A stretch of DNA of 32,000 nucleotides from Schaalia meyeri (GTDB lineage: Bacteria; Actinomycetota; Actinomycetes; Actinomycetales; Actinomycetaceae): positions 1-32,000 of the forward strand of contig NZ_FNLK01000005.1 in the NCBI RefSeq assembly GCF_900105015.1, written 5' to 3'. Shown here piece after piece: positions 9,469-18,766 of this stretch. A model generated the notes under the pieces. The model was not told the DNA's origin. It saw only the letters and a program-made list of their open reading frames with translations, and did not search any database. Each line of letters begins with the position of its first letter. The first letter of the stretch is position 1. The position numbers were made by a program, and so were the translations under genes.

Positions 9469-9493
9469 AAGGATTCTGTGGAAGGAGCCGCTC

Positions 9494-10132
9494 ATCAGCG
9501 AGACTCGCATCAATGAGCGTATTCGAGTCCCCGAGGTTCGCCTCGTGGGACCCGGAGGTGAACAGGTCGGCGTCGTTCGCGTCGAGGACGCGCTGCGCCT
9601 GGCCGAAGAAGCCGGACTGGATCTGGTTGAGGTTGCGCCGAACGCTAAGCCGCCCGTCGCAAAGCTCATGGACTACGGCAAGTACAAGTACGAAGCTGCC
9701 CAGAAGGCCCGGGATGCTCGCCGTAACCAGGCGAACACGCAGCTGAAGGAAATACGCTTCCGACTCAAGATCGACGATCACGACTTTGGCGTGAAGAAGG
9801 GGCACGTTGAGCGCTTCCTGTCCGCCGGTGACAAGGTCAAGGTCATGATCATGTTCCGTGGTCGAGAGCAATCTCGCCCCGAGGCCGGCGTTCGCCTCCT
9901 GCAGCGCCTCGCCGAGGAGATCGGTGAGCTCGCCACCGTCGAGTCGATGCCCCGTCAGGACGGGCGCAACATGACGATGGTGCTGGCTCCCACTAAGCGC
10001 AAGGCTGACGCCCTGACTGAACAGCGCAAGCGCCGCGAAGCTGAGCGCGCGGAGCGTCGGGGCAAGCGCGCGGAACGCGCCAGCAAGGACCAGGCACGCG
10101 TGGCAGCTGAAAAGGCTGTCAAACAGGACTGA
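9494..10132 (+). CDS. infC: Translation initiation factor IF-3, with a non-canonical ATC start
   Basis: The in-frame sequence upstream of the track GTG (9545) reads [24 protein letters not shown], the conserved IF-3 N-terminus. AAGGAG (9482-9487) lies 6 nt before the ATC at 9494. The C-terminus carries a charged K/R/E-rich tail. Confidence 0.93.
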   Translation: MSETRINERIRVPEVRLVGPGGEQVGVVRVEDALRLAEEAGLDLVEVAPNAKPPVAKLMDYGKYKYEAAQKARDARRNQANTQLKEIRFRLKIDDHDFGVKKGHVERFLSAGDKVKVMIMFRGREQSRPEAGVRLLQRLAEEIGELATVESMPRQDGRNMTMVLAPTKRKADALTEQRKRREAERAERRGKRAERASKDQARVAAEKAVKQD

Positions 10133-10168
10133 CGGCGATACACGTCGCCCGACAACGAAGGAATAGAA

Positions 10169-10363
10169 ATGCCGAAGAACAAGACTCATTCCGGTGCTAA
10201 GAAGCGCTTCCGCATGACCGGCTCGGGCAAGATCATGCGCGAGCAGGCCGGCGCCCGCCACCTGCTGGAACACAAGTCCAGCCGTAAGACCCGCCGCCTG
10301 GCGACCGACCAGGTCCTGGAGACCGCTGACGTCAAGCGCGTCAAGCGTCTGCTGGGCAAGTGA
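10169..10363 (+). CDS. rpmI: 50S ribosomal protein L35
   Basis: 64 aa, [22 protein letters not shown]...; follows infC. Confidence 0.95.
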   Translation: MPKNKTHSGAKKRFRMTGSGKIMREQAGARHLLEHKSSRKTRRLATDQVLETADVKRVKRLLGK

Positions 10364-10390
10364 GCTCGAGCAAGAGGAGAACAGTAGAAA

Positions 10391-10771
10391 ATGGCACGTG
10401 TTAAGCGTTCTGTCAACGCCAAGAAGAAGCGCCGTACCGTACTCGAGCAGGCCTCCGGCTACCGAGGGCAGCGCTCGCGCATGTACCGTAAGGCCAAGGA
10501 GCAGGTTACTCACTCCTTTGTCTACTCCTACCGTGACCGCAAGGCTAGGAAGGGCGACTTCCGCCGCCTGTGGATCCAGCGCATCAACGCTGCGTCCCGC
10601 GCCGAGGGCCTCACCTACAACCGTTTCATCCAGGGACTGAATCTGGCTGGCGTTGAGGTCGACCGTCGCATGCTGGCCGAGCTGGCCGTGAGCGACATCA
10701 ACGCGTTCAACGCCCTGGTGAAGGTCGCCAAGGACGCCTTGCCCGCAAACGTCAACGCCCCCAAGGCCTGA
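10391..10771 (+). CDS. rplT: 50S ribosomal protein L20
   Basis: 126 aa, [15 protein letters not shown]...[22 protein letters not shown]. Confidence 0.97.
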   Translation: MARVKRSVNAKKKRRTVLEQASGYRGQRSRMYRKAKEQVTHSFVYSYRDRKARKGDFRRLWIQRINAASRAEGLTYNRFIQGLNLAGVEVDRRMLAELAVSDINAFNALVKVAKDALPANVNAPKA

Positions 10772-10774
10772 TAG

Positions 10775-11623
10775 GTGACGTTTTCCGCCGAGCGCCTGCC
10801 CATTATCGATAATCCGCGCGCCGATCGCGTGCGCCGGGTGTCGGCTCTGGTCGGGCGCTCGGCGCGTTCGCGTTCCGGTTTGATGCTGGTGGAGGGCCCC
10901 CAGGCCGTGCGCGAGCTCGTGCGTCATCGTCCGCGCGCCGTTAGGGACGTGTACGTGCGCGAGGACGCGTGGGAGGCGCACTCGGACATCGTGGACGCCG
11001 CGCAACGCGCGACGCGCTGGGTTCACCCGGTGACGGATGATGTGTCGGCCGCGCTCTCACGCGACGCGCAGGGGGTGTGCGCCGTCGCCTCGGGGGACGC
11101 GGTGGTGCGCGATCTGCCCCGGGCCACAGATGGTGAGACGCTCGTCGTCCTCGCGCAGGCACGGGATCCGGGCAATGTGGGCACCATCATTCGCACCGCC
11201 GACGCGTTCGGGGTGTGCGGCGTGATCGCCGTCGTCGGCACGGTTGACGCTGCGAGTCCGAAAGTAGTTCGCTCGAGCGTCGGTTCGGTGTTTCATCTGC
11301 CCGTTAGCCTCGTGCCCTCGTTTGACGTTGCGTGCCAGCTCGTGCACGGGCGCGGTGCCGCCTTGCTGGGAACCAGCGGGGGACGCGGTTCGCTGGATCT
11401 GTCCGGGCTCCTGGTTGCGGGCGTGTCGTCGCGCTCGCTGCTGTCGCAGTCTCATGCGTGGGTTTTTGGCAACGAGGCGCGCGGTATGTCGGACGAGGAG
11501 ATGCGTGCGTGCGACGCGCTCGTGAGGATTCCGATGACGGGGGATGCGGAGTCGTTGAACGTTGCCGGTGCGGCGGCGACGTGTTTATTTGCTTCCCAAA
11601 CGGTGCGGTGCTTCGCAAACTGA
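10775..11623 (+). CDS. TrmH/SpoU-family RNA 2'-O-methyltransferase
   Basis: Motifs DPGNVGTIIRTADAFG, VFGNEARGMS and IPMTGDAESLNVAGAAATCLF. GTG start 4 nt after the rplT stop. Confidence 0.85.
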   Translation: MTFSAERLPIIDNPRADRVRRVSALVGRSARSRSGLMLVEGPQAVRELVRHRPRAVRDVYVREDAWEAHSDIVDAAQRATRWVHPVTDDVSAALSRDAQGVCAVASGDAVVRDLPRATDGETLVVLAQARDPGNVGTIIRTADAFGVCGVIAVVGTVDAASPKVVRSSVGSVFHLPVSLVPSFDVACQLVHGRGAALLGTSGGRGSLDLSGLLVAGVSSRSLLSQSHAWVFGNEARGMSDEEMRACDALVRIPMTGDAESLNVAGAAATCLFASQTVRCFAN

Positions 11624-11671
11624 GATGCCGCTTTGCGGCGGCTGGCTGCGCGCGCGACTAGTCTTGGGGTC

Positions 11672-12664
11672 ATGAAGTTAGCTGACCTGTCTGAGACCCA
11701 GTTGGTGTCTCATTTTCGCGAGGTTCTTCCCCCTGGCAATCGAACGATGATCGGGATCGGTGATGATTGCGCGCAGGTAGGCACGCCGGAGGGCTCATTC
11801 ATCGTCACGACGGACGTGATGGTGGAGGACCAGCATTTCCGCATGTCATGGTCGTCCGGCTACGAGGTGGGGGCGCGCGTTGCGGCCCAGAACCTGGCGG
11901 ATATTGACGCGATGGGCGGGCGGCCCTCGGCATTGGTTGCCTCCGTGGTGGCACCGCGCCACATGGATGCCGACGTTTTCCTGGATGTCGTGCGAGGCCT
12001 GGGGGATCGTGCCCGCACGGCCGGCGCGGGCGTTGTGGGCGGAGACCTGAGCGCGGGGGAGAAGCTGATCATCTCCGTGACGGCGATGGGATATTGCCCG
12101 GGACCCGTGGTGCGCCGGAGCGGGGCACAACCAGGCGATGCGCTCGCGGTCAGTGGGACGCTCGGGTTTTCCTACGCGGGTCTGGATCTGCTGGAGGGCG
12201 GCTTCGTCGATCCCTCGGAAAGAGGCAGTGCCCGGCTGGGGGACCTGGCTCCTTTCCTGCAGACTTACCGCGCGCCTGACCCCCCGCTGGGCTCCGGTGT
12301 GGCGGCGGCGAGCGCAGGTGTGCACGCGATGATGGACCTGTCCGATGGGCCGACCGCCGACGCGACCCGCATGGCTGCGGCGTCCGCGGTCGTGATCGAG
12401 TTTGACCGTCGGGCGTTGGAGACGGAAGCTCGGCTATTGGATGTGCCAGCCGCCGTGTGCGGGGGTGACCCGCTGCGGTGGGTGCTGCAGGGAGGCGAGG
12501 AACACGGGATGCTGGCTGCCTTCCCGCCGGACACTAAGCTCCCACGTGGATTCCGTGTCGTGGGTCGTATCCGAGAGCTTCGCGAGGGTGAGAGGCCCTG
12601 CGCGATGCTTGATGGTGAGGTTCTGCGCGGGGCGTGGGATCATTTCTCTCACGATTCCGCGTAG
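11672..12664 (+). CDS. thiL: Thiamine-monophosphate kinase
   Basis: IGDDCAQV, VTTDVMVEDQHFR and AQNLADIDAMGGRP (AIR synthase-like fold). The ATG at 11672 is preferred over the track start at 11633. Confidence 0.85.
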   Translation: MKLADLSETQLVSHFREVLPPGNRTMIGIGDDCAQVGTPEGSFIVTTDVMVEDQHFRMSWSSGYEVGARVAAQNLADIDAMGGRPSALVASVVAPRHMDADVFLDVVRGLGDRARTAGAGVVGGDLSAGEKLIISVTAMGYCPGPVVRRSGAQPGDALAVSGTLGFSYAGLDLLEGGFVDPSERGSARLGDLAPFLQTYRAPDPPLGSGVAAASAGVHAMMDLSDGPTADATRMAAASAVVIEFDRRALETEARLLDVPAAVCGGDPLRWVLQGGEEHGMLAAFPPDTKLPRGFRVVGRIRELREGERPCAMLDGEVLRGAWDHFSHDSA

Positions 12665-12755
12665 ACTGGCTGTGATACGGGGATCCGGGTTTTCGTCGCA
12701 TCGGAGCGACGGGGAGGCCCGAGGACCTCGTGACGATTATTGGAAAGGACCAGTA

Positions 12756-12944
12756 ATGAAAGAATCGCCGCAGGACACCCAGGCCTCGCAGCGGATGTCG
12801 CGGGTGGCGCGCAAGCTTGCCGAGTCGTCAGAGGAGGTGTCGGCCACAGCAGGACTGTCCCTGCCTGCCTTGCCCGGTGACGCCTTAGTGCCGCCGACAA
12901 AGGCGCTGCCGGTCCTCGATCAGGGGGAAGACGAGGTCGGGTAG
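12756..12944 (+). CDS. Small hypothetical protein (62 aa)
   Basis: ATG preceded by GGAAAGGAC. Third-position GC is high. No family recognised, so this could be spurious. Confidence 0.3.
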   Translation: MKESPQDTQASQRMSRVARKLAESSEEVSATAGLSLPALPGDALVPPTKALPVLDQGEDEVG

Positions 12945-13113
12945 AGCAGCGGGTACCGAGGCGCGCTTTCGGCGATCCGGTGTCGGCCGCCCCGGTCTGT
13001 ATGGTCCCTTTGCCGCGATGCCCCTGAACGGGACGTGACCGGTGGCGACCTGGACCGGGAACGCTATTATGAATTGTTGTTAAATCCAGCACAGTGAAAG
13101 TGGAACAGCCCGC

Positions 13114-13758
13114 ATGAGCAGCGACGCACAGGCAGTACGCACGCGCAGGCCCGGCCGTCCAAAGGCGGGAAGCGAGGACAAGAAGGCACGGATCCTGGCG
13201 GAGGCGCTGACCCTCTTCTCGACTCGAGGCTACGTCGCAACGTCGCTGGCGGATATTGCGAGGGCTTCAGACATCTCCAAAGCGGGGCTGCTGCACCACT
13301 ATTCCTCGAAGGACCAGCTGTTGGCGGCGGTCTTGGACGAGCGCGACCGACGCACCGTGAGCCGTCTTCCGGGGGGTGAGCAAGGGGCGGCGGCAGCCCT
13401 TGATGCGTGGGCGGACATGGTCGCCCACAATCAGGGCAACCCCGACGGCGTTGCCCTCTACACGGCCATGTCTGCGGCCGTTATCGACGCGGAACACCAT
13501 GCTCACCCGTGGTTTAGCCAGCACCTGCTGTCTGCGATCAACTACCTGGTTGACGCATTCGAGTGCGGCAAGCGGAGCGGTGAGGTGCGCGAGGACGCGC
13601 CGAGCGAGCAGATCGCTCGCAAGCTCGTTGCGCTATCCGATGGCTTACAGGTGCAGTGGCTTTGTTCGCGTGCGGACGGTGGACGTGAACTGGATATGCA
13701 CGAGGTGACCGCAGGTGTCGTTGCGGACGTAAAGGAACGCTGGCTCATTCGACAGTGA
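13114..13758 (+). CDS. TetR/AcrR-family transcriptional regulator
   Basis: N-terminal HTH ILAEALTLFSTRGYVATSLADIARASDISKAGLLHHYSSKDQLL. Confidence 0.85.
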   Translation: MSSDAQAVRTRRPGRPKAGSEDKKARILAEALTLFSTRGYVATSLADIARASDISKAGLLHHYSSKDQLLAAVLDERDRRTVSRLPGGEQGAAAALDAWADMVAHNQGNPDGVALYTAMSAAVIDAEHHAHPWFSQHLLSAINYLVDAFECGKRSGEVREDAPSEQIARKLVALSDGLQVQWLCSRADGGRELDMHEVTAGVVADVKERWLIRQ

Positions 13759-13908
13759 GTGAGGCAAGGGCGAACCGTTCCTCGTTCGCTCATCGTTTTC
13801 CCGCGCCAACAGGCCCACTGCCCGCGCACGCCGAACGCGTCACGCCCGATCACGGCGCGCTTTGCTTATTACCTCGCCGTCTCACGTCCTGCGAGCAATG
13901 CGTAAAAT

Positions 13909-13944
13909 CCTGGTGGGGCGAACCTTTTGGTTCGCCCCACCAGG
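13909..13944. terminator. Bidirectional terminator hairpin between the TetR gene (+) and rpmB (-)
   Basis: Perfect 16-bp stem: CCTGGTGGGGCGAACC (13909-13924), loop TTTT, GGTTCGCCCCACCAGG (13929-13944). It sits between convergent genes. Confidence 0.7.
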
Positions 13945-13961
13945 GTTAGGTCAGTGACGAC

Positions 13962-14153
13962 TCAGATCGCGCGCGCGACCTTGTCGGACTTGAGGCACTT
14001 GGTGCACACGTTCAGGCGCTTGGGCGTCCCATTGACCAGGGCGCGAACGCGCTGGATGTTCGGATTCCACCGGCGGTTGGTGCGAACGTGCGAGTGCGAC
14101 ACGCTCTTGCCGAAGCCGGGTCCCTTACCGCACACGTCACAAACGGCAGCCAC
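13962..14153 (-). CDS. rpmB: 50S ribosomal protein L28
   Basis: 63 aa, [39 protein letters not shown] start with a GAGGAGA RBS. Confidence 0.95.
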   Translation of the reverse strand: MAAVCDVCGKGPGFGKSVSHSHVRTNRRWNPNIQRVRALVNGTPKRLNVCTKCLKSDKVARAI

Positions 14154-14355
14154 GATGTTCTCCTCGGTATATCTTCCAGTTCAATCTTGGTTCCCGCGGT
14201 CGCGGAGAACGCATCCTCCGGCGCTTGAACCGAAGGCAACCATGACAGAATAGCGGAAGAAGCACGCTTTCAACAAGTCACAGCCGACACGGGCCGTGTC
14301 AGGTCGCACACAGCGCGCCTCGCAGGGACAATTGAGGGCGAGCGAAAGGGGAGAC

Positions 14356-15969
14356 ATGGAACCGAACGCATCGGTGATGATCGAGGCGTGTCGCGCCGGG
14401 GCTGAGGAGGCAGCCAGGCTGGCTCCTTTCCTTGACGACCTGGATGGGTGGGACGGAGCGGACTGCGATACCGGCACGAACGCGGCGGCGACGATGGCGG
14501 CGCTGGCGTCGGCCTTGGAGTCACTGGATCCGCGTGCACACCTGCGCGACGCCCTTGAGGCCGCCGTCGAGACGATTATTCATCGGGGAGTCGGGCACAG
14601 CGGTGTCGCACTGGGCGCGCTTTTTGAGGCGTGGTGTCATGCGCTTGGGGACGTTTCCCAGGTGACCGCTGTGACCCTGCGTAGCATGCTTGCCGCCTCG
14701 CTGGCCCCGGCTAACTCATCGATCGACTGGTCGGATGCGCTCACGGAAATGCTGGGTGGCGGCGCCCGTGAACTCACGGACTTGGGCCAGACACTGCCCG
14801 AGGTCGAGGACGTATTCTCCCTCTTTTCAGCTCAGGCTCAGATCGGCCTCGTGGAAGCGACCAGCGAGGCGACGGGGCGCATCGATCCGGGGGGCGCTTT
14901 CATCGCGCTGGTCCTGGCGTGCATCGATGCTTCGATGCGATGCGACGCGGGTATCCTCCAGTCGTTTACTGCGATGCTCGCGGATCTGGCGAAACGGCAC
15001 TCGCGTGCCCCGGAGGCGGCGTCGCCTCCACCGGGACGCGACTTTACGGTGGACATCATTGTTGAGGGCACCCGGGAGGATTTGCGCCTCCTGCTGGGCC
15101 GCCTGAGCGGACTGAGTGCGCGCCTGTCGTACGTGGGTCGCGTTGATCTCTTTGGAATGGGACGGTGGCGTCTTCACGTGGAAACGTCCGCACCCCTCGC
15201 GGCCCACCCGACCTCGGGCCAGGTCATTCGTTTTCAGGTGAGCGACGCGCGCCCCGACGCACAGATTGGTATCGATGAGCTCGCGGACGAAGGCCTGAGC
15301 CACCGTGGCGTACGCCTGCTGCAGCGTCGGCCGATGCGCCGGGTCGAGCGCGCGCGCGTTATCGCCTGCACGCGGGCCCCGGGCCTCGTCGAAGACCTCG
15401 CCCGCGCGGGCGCGGTGGTCTTCTTGAACCCCAGTGCGAGCGATGCCACGGGCATCGTCTCGGCGGCTGCCTCCCGCACAGGTGTGGCGCTCGTTGCTCC
15501 CTGCGACGAGGTCAGCGCCTCCCTGGTGAGGAGTGTTGCCCCGATGCTCCCGTCCCCTGCGCCGGGTGTTCCCGCGGTTCTTTGCGCGCCGAGCAGGAAC
15601 GACCTGGATGCCTTGGCCGTCGCCCGCGCGTGCGCCCCGCTCTTCGTTCCTCAGCCGGGCGGGACGGGGGCAGCGCCGACGCTGGTGCGCATGCTGCGCG
15701 ACGGATCCCACGCCGCTCTGTCGATGAGCGCGAGCGCGCCCCTGCCTCGTGACGGCGATCCCGAGGGAATCGCCGAGGCCCTAGCCGATGCCGCGCGAGG
15801 GGGCACCGATGCGTGGCGGCTGCTTATCTCGCGCGAGGACGATGGACCTTACACGGTGGCGACCGTGCGCCAGCTGCTCTCCACCCGAGACGCGTCCTCG
15901 TCGATTGACCTGGAGACTTGGGATGGTGGGCAGGCCGGACCCAGCCTGGTCGCGGGGTGCACGGCGTGA
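14356..15969 (+). CDS. DAK2 domain-containing protein (YloV / Rv2974c-like)
   Basis: Dak2-type motif DGADCDTGTNAAATM. The conserved rpmB-DAK2-recG neighbourhood is present. The ATG at 14356, preceded by AAAGGGGA, is preferred over the track start. Confidence 0.85.
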   Translation: MEPNASVMIEACRAGAEEAARLAPFLDDLDGWDGADCDTGTNAAATMAALASALESLDPRAHLRDALEAAVETIIHRGVGHSGVALGALFEAWCHALGDVSQVTAVTLRSMLAASLAPANSSIDWSDALTEMLGGGARELTDLGQTLPEVEDVFSLFSAQAQIGLVEATSEATGRIDPGGAFIALVLACIDASMRCDAGILQSFTAMLADLAKRHSRAPEAASPPPGRDFTVDIIVEGTREDLRLLLGRLSGLSARLSYVGRVDLFGMGRWRLHVETSAPLAAHPTSGQVIRFQVSDARPDAQIGIDELADEGLSHRGVRLLQRRPMRRVERARVIACTRAPGLVEDLARAGAVVFLNPSASDATGIVSAAASRTGVALVAPCDEVSASLVRSVAPMLPSPAPGVPAVLCAPSRNDLDALAVARACAPLFVPQPGGTGAAPTLVRMLRDGSHAALSMSASAPLPRDGDPEGIAEALADAARGGTDAWRLLISREDDGPYTVATVRQLLSTRDASSSIDLETWDGGQAGPSLVAGCTA

Positions 15970-18104
15970 GCGCGCTTGATGTGCCGCTGTCGCTTCGTCT
16001 GCCCAAGAGGACCGCGAATGCCCTCCAAGGTGCCGGCGTCGTCACGGTCGCAGACCTGCTGATGGTAGCGCCGCGCAGGTACTACCACTGGGGTCGGCTC
16101 ACGCCCCTGTCCTCCCTGCGCGAAGGAGAGGACGTGACCATACTGGCGCAGATCGCCTCCGCTCACCTGGTCGCTAACCGCAGCGGCTCGGGGGTCCGCC
16201 TGGAGGTTATGCTCACCGATGGAGTTCAGTTCCTGTCGGCGACTTTCTTTGCGAAGAACCACTATAAGCTCGCTCCCATTGAACGAATCCTCACCCCGGG
16301 TCAGTCCTTTCTATTCGCCGGCAGGGTCGGGGCATACCGCGGTAAGCTTCAGCTCACGCACCCCTCCTTCGAGGGGGTAGACGGCGAGGACATTGAGCGG
16401 ATCGCGTCGCGTCCCATCCCAATCTATCCGGTGACGGGAGCCCTCACCTCGTGGGCTTTCGCCCGTGCCGTCGGGATGGTCCTGGATCACCTGGACGACG
16501 CGGACGTGCCCGACGTGGTGCCGACGGGGGTGCGCGAGCGCGTGGGTATCTGCGCGCGCGCCGACTCCATTCGCAGGCTGCACCAGCCCGAAACGGACGA
16601 GGACCACCGGCAGGCGCGTCGCGCCCTGGCCTTCACGGAGGCTTTCGTTCTCCAGGTGGGGCTGGCCGCGCAGCGCCGGGGTGCGCGCGCGACTGTGGCG
16701 GTTGCCTCGCCCTCCTCAACGCCCCTGTTGGAGCGCTTCCGCTCCTGCCTTCCCTTCGAATTGACCGATTCCCAGCGCGAAGCCATCTCGCAGATCGGTG
16801 CCGACCTGGCCGGTGAGGTCCCGATGCAGCGTCTTTTGCAGGGGGATGTTGGCGCCGGTAAGACGGTCGTCGCCTTGAATGCTTTTCTGCAGGTGGTTGC
16901 GGCTGGGCACCAGGGGGCGTTTGTTGCTCCGACTGAGGTGCTTGCCGAGCAACACGCCGCCTCCCTGCGTGCGCTCCTGGGGCCCCTCGGCGAAGACGCG
17001 CCCGACGTGCGCTTGCTCACCGGTTCCACGCCGAGGGCCGCCCGCCGCGAGATTGCCGCGTTGATGGCCTCCGCGGCCCCGCTCATCGTCGTTGGCACGC
17101 ACGCTCTGTTCCAGGACAGCGTGCGGTTCGCGGACCTCGCCCTGGTCGTTGTTGACGAGCAGCACCGTTTCGGGGTCGAGCAACGCGCTTCGCTGCGCGG
17201 TGCGCGTAACGACGACCGGGCGGTTCACGAGCTGGTCATGACGGCCACCCCGATCCCCCGAACGATTGCGATGACCGTGTTTGGGGATCTCGACGACACG
17301 CGGATGAGCGGTATGCCGAAGGGGCGTTCGCCCGTCGCCACCTACCTGGCCGATGCGGCCAACGCCGCGTGGGCCGCGCGGGCGTGGAAGCGCGCGGCGG
17401 AGGAGATCGCCGAGGGAAGGCGCGTCTACGTCGTGTGTCCCCGCATCGATGCCTCCGACGACGTGGCGGACGCTGAAGAGGACGGTTCGGCCCCCCTCGC
17501 TTCTGTCGCCTCTGTCGCGGAATACCTGCGCTCCCATCCGGTCCTGGCCGGAGTGACAATTCACGAGCTCACTGGGCGAACGCCCGCCGCCCTCAAGGCG
17601 CGCATCATGGAGGATTTTTCCTCCGGTCGCGCCCCGCTGCTCGTGGCCACGACCGTCATCGAAGTCGGCGTCGACGTCTCGGAGGCGACCCTCATGATCA
17701 TCCTTGACGCCCAGCAGTTTGGGCTGGCGCAGCTGCACCAGCTGCGCGGGCGCGTCGGGAGAAGTGCTCTGCCCTCCCTCTGTATTGCCATGCACCGCCA
17801 CCAACTGACTGATGCCGGCAGGGCCAGGCTCCGGGCTTTCGCCGAAACGACCGACGGATTTGAGCTGGCCGAGGCCGACCTGCGCCTGCGCAAAGAGGGC
17901 GACGTCTTGGGGGCCGGACAGTCCGGCACGGCGACTCATCTGCGTTTTCTTTCGGTTCGCCGCGACGAATCCCTCATCCGCGCAGCTAAAGACGAGGCGG
18001 AGAGGGTGCTTGATGAGGACCCGGCGCTTCGACGCCACCGCGACCTGGGAAGCGCCCTGCGAGCCGCTTCCAATTCCCAGCTTGAGTGGATGCAACGCTC
18101 ATAG
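15966..18104 (+). CDS. recG: ATP-dependent DNA helicase RecG
   Basis: Walker A GDVGAGKTVVA, DEQHRFG, and TATPIPRT in the helicase C-terminal region with QLHQLRGRVGR. The GTG at 15966 overlaps the DAK2 stop (GTGA). Confidence 0.93.
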   Translation: MSALDVPLSLRLPKRTANALQGAGVVTVADLLMVAPRRYYHWGRLTPLSSLREGEDVTILAQIASAHLVANRSGSGVRLEVMLTDGVQFLSATFFAKNHYKLAPIERILTPGQSFLFAGRVGAYRGKLQLTHPSFEGVDGEDIERIASRPIPIYPVTGALTSWAFARAVGMVLDHLDDADVPDVVPTGVRERVGICARADSIRRLHQPETDEDHRQARRALAFTEAFVLQVGLAAQRRGARATVAVASPSSTPLLERFRSCLPFELTDSQREAISQIGADLAGEVPMQRLLQGDVGAGKTVVALNAFLQVVAAGHQGAFVAPTEVLAEQHAASLRALLGPLGEDAPDVRLLTGSTPRAARREIAALMASAAPLIVVGTHALFQDSVRFADLALVVVDEQHRFGVEQRASLRGARNDDRAVHELVMTATPIPRTIAMTVFGDLDDTRMSGMPKGRSPVATYLADAANAAWAARAWKRAAEEIAEGRRVYVVCPRIDASDDVADAEEDGSAPLASVASVAEYLRSHPVLAGVTIHELTGRTPAALKARIMEDFSSGRAPLLVATTVIEVGVDVSEATLMIILDAQQFGLAQLHQLRGRVGRSALPSLCIAMHRHQLTDAGRARLRAFAETTDGFELAEADLRLRKEGDVLGAGQSGTATHLRFLSVRRDESLIRAAKDEAERVLDEDPALRRHRDLGSALRAASNSQLEWMQRS

Positions 18105-18127
18105 AACACGCTCGGTAGGGTAGAGGC

Positions 18128-18766
18128 ATGACCAGAATCGTCGCGGGCAGCGCCAAGGGCAGAACCCTTGTCGTGCCCAAGTCCGGCACGCGTCCCACTT
18201 CCGAGCGCGTGCGAGAAGCCCTCTTCTCGCGCCTGGACCACATGAAGGTCCTTGATGGGGCTGCGGTGCTCGACCTCTACGCCGGCACCGGGGCCCTCGG
18301 GCTGGAGGCGCTCTCGCGGGGGAGCTCCCACGCCACGCTCGTCGAACGCGCGGGCGCCGCCGCACGCGTCGCCTCGGCGAACGTTCGTACCACGGGGCTG
18401 TGTGCCCGAGTCGTGACCGCTGACGCCCGTGCCTTCCTCGCCGCCCGGAGGGGGGATGAGCTCGCCGGAGAGAACGACCTGGTGTTTGTGGATCCGCCCT
18501 ACAATATCGCCGAGGGGGATATGACCGCCGTCCTCGCGGCGCTCGGCCCGTGGATCGGACCTGATGCCCTGGTCGTCGTCGAACGCTCCACGCGCGCCCC
18601 CGCCCCTTCCTGGCCGTCGTTCTTGGTCCTCGAGGATCAACGGACGTGGGGAGAGACCGTCGCTTACTTTGCGGGTCCGCCCCTGCCCGAGGATGAAGGT
18701 GCGGCCAGCGCGGGAGGAGCTACAGAGATGCCGGTCCGGTCAATCAAAGGCGGTGGCAAGCGGTGA
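18128..18766 (+). CDS. rsmD: 16S rRNA (guanine966-N2)-methyltransferase RsmD
   Basis: RIVAGSAKGRTL..P....RPTSERVREALFS, DLYAGTGALGLEALSRG and VFVDPPY. Confidence 0.88.
   Translation: MTRIVAGSAKGRTLVVPKSGTRPTSERVREALFSRLDHMKVLDGAAVLDLYAGTGALGLEALSRGSSHATLVERAGAAARVASANVRTTGLCARVVTADARAFLAARRGDELAGENDLVFVDPPYNIAEGDMTAVLAALGPWIGPDALVVVERSTRAPAPSWPSFLVLEDQRTWGETVAYFAGPPLPEDEGAASAGGATEMPVRSIKGGGKR

Noticed and set aside
9344-11026. 560-aa ORF antisense to infC, rpmI, rplT and the start of trmH
   Set aside because: It spans three ribosomal/translation genes and their spacers on the opposite strand and has no recognisable motifs. It is a GC-bias artefact.
13061-13090. dif-like sequence GGAACGCTATTATGAATTGTTGTTAAAT upstream of the TetR gene. 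The right arm matches 9 of 11 positions of the E. coli XerD arm TTATGTTAAAT.
   Set aside because: The left arm matches only about 5 of 11 positions. The ATAA/TTAT inner palindrome is absent, and the sequence does not resemble the actinobacterial dif consensus as I recall it. It is more likely just the AT-rich promoter region.
13755-13949. 64-aa ORF in the TetR-rpmB spacer (and the 13927-14253 ORF opposite rpmB)
   Set aside because: It runs through the 16-bp terminator hairpin, has no RBS and an atypical composition. The second ORF is antisense to rpmB.
14286-14300. Perfect 7+1+7 palindrome GACACGGgCCGTGTC upstream of the DAK2 gene
   Set aside because: About two palindromes of this size are expected by chance in 32 kb. 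I have no supporting context such as a regulator or a repeated site.
16716-18095. 459-aa ORF antisense to recG (and, similarly, 20029-21240 antisense to yceD/rnc, 1285-2001 antisense to divIVA and 24884-25771 antisense to the fucosidase)
   Set aside because: All are opposite or overlapping confidently identified genes. Their composition is low-complexity and Arg/Gly-rich, with no family signatures.
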